From: an uncultured Planctomycetaceae bacterium
Lineage (GTDB): Bacteria; Planctomycetota; Planctomycetia; Isosphaerales; Isosphaeraceae
DNA length: 64,000 nt
Direction: 5' to 3'
NCBI GenBank assembly: GCA_963833985.1
Contig: CAWIAD010000002.1
Span: forward strand, 6,016,001 to 6,080,000
The notes under the pieces: model-generated
Seen by the model: the letters and a program-made list of their open reading frames with translations, nothing else
Told to the model about the DNA's origin: nothing
Databases searched by the model: none
Shown here: one piece after another, positions 61,391 through 64,000 of the stretch
Numbering within the stretch: position 1 is the first letter of the stretch
Layout: the number at the start of each line of letters is the position of its first letter
Position numbers and translations under genes: made by a program

Positions 61391-64000
61391 ATGCCGAACC
61401 CGGCTCGGTCGCTTTTGCTGCGCTACGGCAGCGCCCTCGCCACCGTCGCGCTGACGACCGGAGTCCGGTACGCCCTCGGCCCGCTTATGGGCCAGCGCCA
61501 GTCCTTCCTTTGCTTCGACCTTGCCGTCCTCTTCACAGCCTGGTACGGGGGCTTCGGACCGTCTGTCGCGGCCATCTTTCTCTCCTGCCTCTCGGCGGCG
61601 TACGTGTACCTCCCACCGCACGGCTTGCTCCATTCCAGCGACCCCGGCGATCTCGTCGCCCTGGGGATGTTCGTCGCCGTTTCCTCAGCGATCGTCGCCT
61701 TCAGTGAAGTGAACCGAGCCACGCAGCGACGCCTGGAGCGGGAGGTCGCCGACAGGAAGTTCGCCGAGGAGGAGGCTCGGGACAGCGAGGATCGCTTCCG
61801 GCAACTCTCCGATACGATGCCCCAGATCGGCTGGACGGCTGAGTCTGACGGTTCGGTTCGCTACTTCAACAAGCGTTGGTACGAGTACACGGGTCTCACC
61901 CCGGATGAGTCGCTGGCGCACGAGGGCTGGCGGGCGATCGTCTACCCCGCTGATCTCGCCGGGCTTTACGAGATCCGAAACAGGGCCGTCCGGAGCGGCG
62001 GTTGGTTCGAGACCGAGGCCCGCCTGCGGGACGGTCAGGGAGACTACCACTGGCACCTGGTCCGCTCGGTGCCGGTGATGGACGACTCCGGTCGGGTACT
62101 GCGGAGGTTCGGTACGGCGACCGATATTCATGACCGCAAGCTCGCCGAGCAGGAGCGCCAGAAGTTCGTGTCGCTGGCTCGTAACAGCGGCGAGTTCATC
62201 GCCATGTACGACTTGCAGGGCATGCCTTTCTTCGTCAACGACGCCGGGATGCGGATGGTCGGGCTGGACAGTCTGGAGGAGGCTGTGCGTACCCCGGTGA
62301 AGGATTTCTTTTTCCCAGAGGACCAGGCGTTCATCACCGGGGAGCTCTTCCCCAGGGTGATCGAGAATGGTCAAGGCGAGGTCGAGATCCGGTTCCGCCA
62401 CTTCAGGACCGGGGACGCCCTGTGGATGCTCTACAACGTCTTCGCCCTCCCCGACGTCGAGGGACACCCCTGCGGGCTCGCCACGGTGAGCCGGAACATC
62501 ACGGAGCGCAGGCGGCTCTCCGAACAACTGGAGGAAGAGCGAAACCTGCTCGACGCCCTGTTCGCATCGACCCCGGTCGGGCTCGGCTTCGTGGACGCCG
62601 AGTTCTGTTTCCGGCGGGTCAATGAGGCAACCGCCAGGACAAACGGCGTGCCGGTCGAGGCCCACATCGGGCGCACCCTGGCGGAAGTGCTGCCGCACCT
62701 CTGGCCGACCCTCGAGCCGTTGTACCGCAGGGTGCTGGAGACGGGCGAGCCGATCCGCGACCTGGACGTGGAAGGCGAAACTCCCGGGTGTCCGGGTGTC
62801 CCCCGGAGCTGGCTGGCGAACTACTACCCGGTGCGGATTGGCGGGTCGGTCGTCGGGGTCGGCTTCGTCATCGTGGAGACGACCGAGGCCAGGAAGCGGG
62901 AGTTCCGGCTGCGCGAGGCCGAGCAGCAGTTGCGGGAGCGGGCAAAGCTGCTGGAGACGGTCCTGGCGGCGACGCCGACCCCGATCTGGATCTCTCACGA
63001 CCGGGACTGCCGGGAGATCACCGGGAACCCAGCCTCATACCGGTTCCTGAAGATGGCCGAAGGGGGCGTCGTGTCGGCGACCGCCCCCGGCGACTTGCCG
63101 AAGACCCGCAACTTCCGGGAGTACCGGGACGATCAGCCGGTCGATCCCCGCGACCTGCCGATGCAGGTGGCGGCCAGGGACGGGGTCGAGGTCCATGACG
63201 CCGAGTTTTCGGTGATGTTCGACGACGGCGGCGTGCGGCACCTTTACGGCAACGCCGTCCCGTTCCGGGACGAGGGCGGCGAGGTGACGGGGTCGATCGC
63301 CGCCTACGTGGACATCACCCGGCTGAAAGAGGCCGAGGCGGCACTTCGGGACGCCGACAGGCGCAAGGACGAGTTCCTGGCGATGCTCGCCCACGAGCTG
63401 CGCAATCCGCTCGCCCCGATCCACAACGCCGTCTCGATCATGGCGATCGCGCAGGACGACCGGGAGGCCCAGCAGTGGTCCCGTGAGGTGATCGAGCGGC
63501 AGATCGCCCACCTGACAAGCCTGGTGGACGACCTCCTGGACGTATCCCGGATCACACAGGGCAAGATCACGCTGACGAAGGTACCGCTGGAGGTCTCGTC
63601 GATCATCGCGGCCGCCGTCGAATCGAGCCGACCGCTGATCGAGGCACGCGGGCACGACCTGGAACAGAGATTGCCCGAGGAGCCGCTCTGGGTTGATGGC
63701 GACCTCACTCGACTCTCGCAGGTGGTCCTGAACCTTCTGAACAACGCCTCCAAGTACACGCCGGAAGGCGGGCATATCCGGCTCAGCGTCGGGCGGGTCG
63801 GTGATCTCTGTCACATCAGCGTGCGTGACGACGGCGAGGGCATCGCGCCTGAGACTCTGCCCACGGTTTTCGGCCTGTTTGCCCAGGCGTCCCGGTCACC
63901 CGACCGGTCACAGGGCGGCCTGGGGGTGGGACTCACCCTCGTCAAGCGACTTGTGGAGATGCACGGCGGCGCGGTTGAGGGCCGGAGCGACGGGCCCGGC
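61391..64000 (+). CDS. Multi-PAS sensor histidine kinase with N-terminal DUF4118-like membrane domain (runs off the window end)
   Basis: Frame from the ATG at 61391: AWYGGFGP, several PAS/PAC units, RKDEFLAMLAHELRNPL, NLLNNASKYT and GGLGVGL. Confidence 0.92.
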   Translation, partial: MPNPARSLLLRYGSALATVALTTGVRYALGPLMGQRQSFLCFDLAVLFTAWYGGFGPSVAAIFLSCLSAAYVYLPPHGLLHSSDPGDLVALGMFVAVSSAIVAFSEVNRATQRRLEREVADRKFAEEEARDSEDRFRQLSDTMPQIGWTAESDGSVRYFNKRWYEYTGLTPDESLAHEGWRAIVYPADLAGLYEIRNRAVRSGGWFETEARLRDGQGDYHWHLVRSVPVMDDSGRVLRRFGTATDIHDRKLAEQERQKFVSLARNSGEFIAMYDLQGMPFFVNDAGMRMVGLDSLEEAVRTPVKDFFFPEDQAFITGELFPRVIENGQGEVEIRFRHFRTGDALWMLYNVFALPDVEGHPCGLATVSRNITERRRLSEQLEEERNLLDALFASTPVGLGFVDAEFCFRRVNEATARTNGVPVEAHIGRTLAEVLPHLWPTLEPLYRRVLETGEPIRDLDVEGETPGCPGVPRSWLANYYPVRIGGSVVGVGFVIVETTEARKREFRLREAEQQLRERAKLLETVLAATPTPIWISHDRDCREITGNPASYRFLKMAEGGVVSATAPGDLPKTRNFREYRDDQPVDPRDLPMQVAARDGVEVHDAEFSVMFDDGGVRHLYGNAVPFRDEGGEVTGSIAAYVDITRLKEAEAALRDADRRKDEFLAMLAHELRNPLAPIHNAVSIMAIAQDDREAQQWSREVIERQIAHLTSLVDDLLDVSRITQGKITLTKVPLEVSSIIAAAVESSRPLIEARGHDLEQRLPEEPLWVDGDLTRLSQVVLNLLNNASKYTPEGGHIRLSVGRVGDLCHISVRDDGEGIAPETLPTVFGLFAQASRSPDRSQGGLGVGLTLVKRLVEMHGGAVEGRSDGPG

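Overview
High-GC bacterial DNA with a clear Planctomycetota signature: a DUF1501 gene beside a DUF1549/DUF1553 cytochrome gene, and two ECF sigma factors carrying transmembrane C-terminal extensions. About 1-47 kb is mostly core or niche genes (glycoside hydrolases, aminotransferase, AlkA-type glycosylase, Mrp, sulfotransferase, glycosyltransferase, a MarR unit), plus one complete ISAzo13-type IS, a nested REP/MITE-like repeat and two broken toxin-antitoxin pairs. Many genes are split by single-base indels in GC-rich runs, most likely long-read consensus errors. Two observations stand out. (1) An ~11.9 kb decayed integrative element (48863-60721) sits at the 3' end of tRNA-Ser(GGA), bounded by a 10-bp direct repeat. 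Its recombinase and helicase survive only as fragments, yet it keeps an intact, translationally coupled five-gene operon (50722-59243): a membrane-anchored TRAFAC-type GTPase, two paralogous single-pass partners that share modules with each other and with the GTPase, and two further membrane proteins. This is a candidate uncharacterised membrane conflict or defence system. (2) The first gene (188-910) has an in-frame TGA in a U-x-x-C motif followed by a SECIS-like hairpin, so it is a candidate selenoprotein. All family assignments come from motif recognition; no searches were run.
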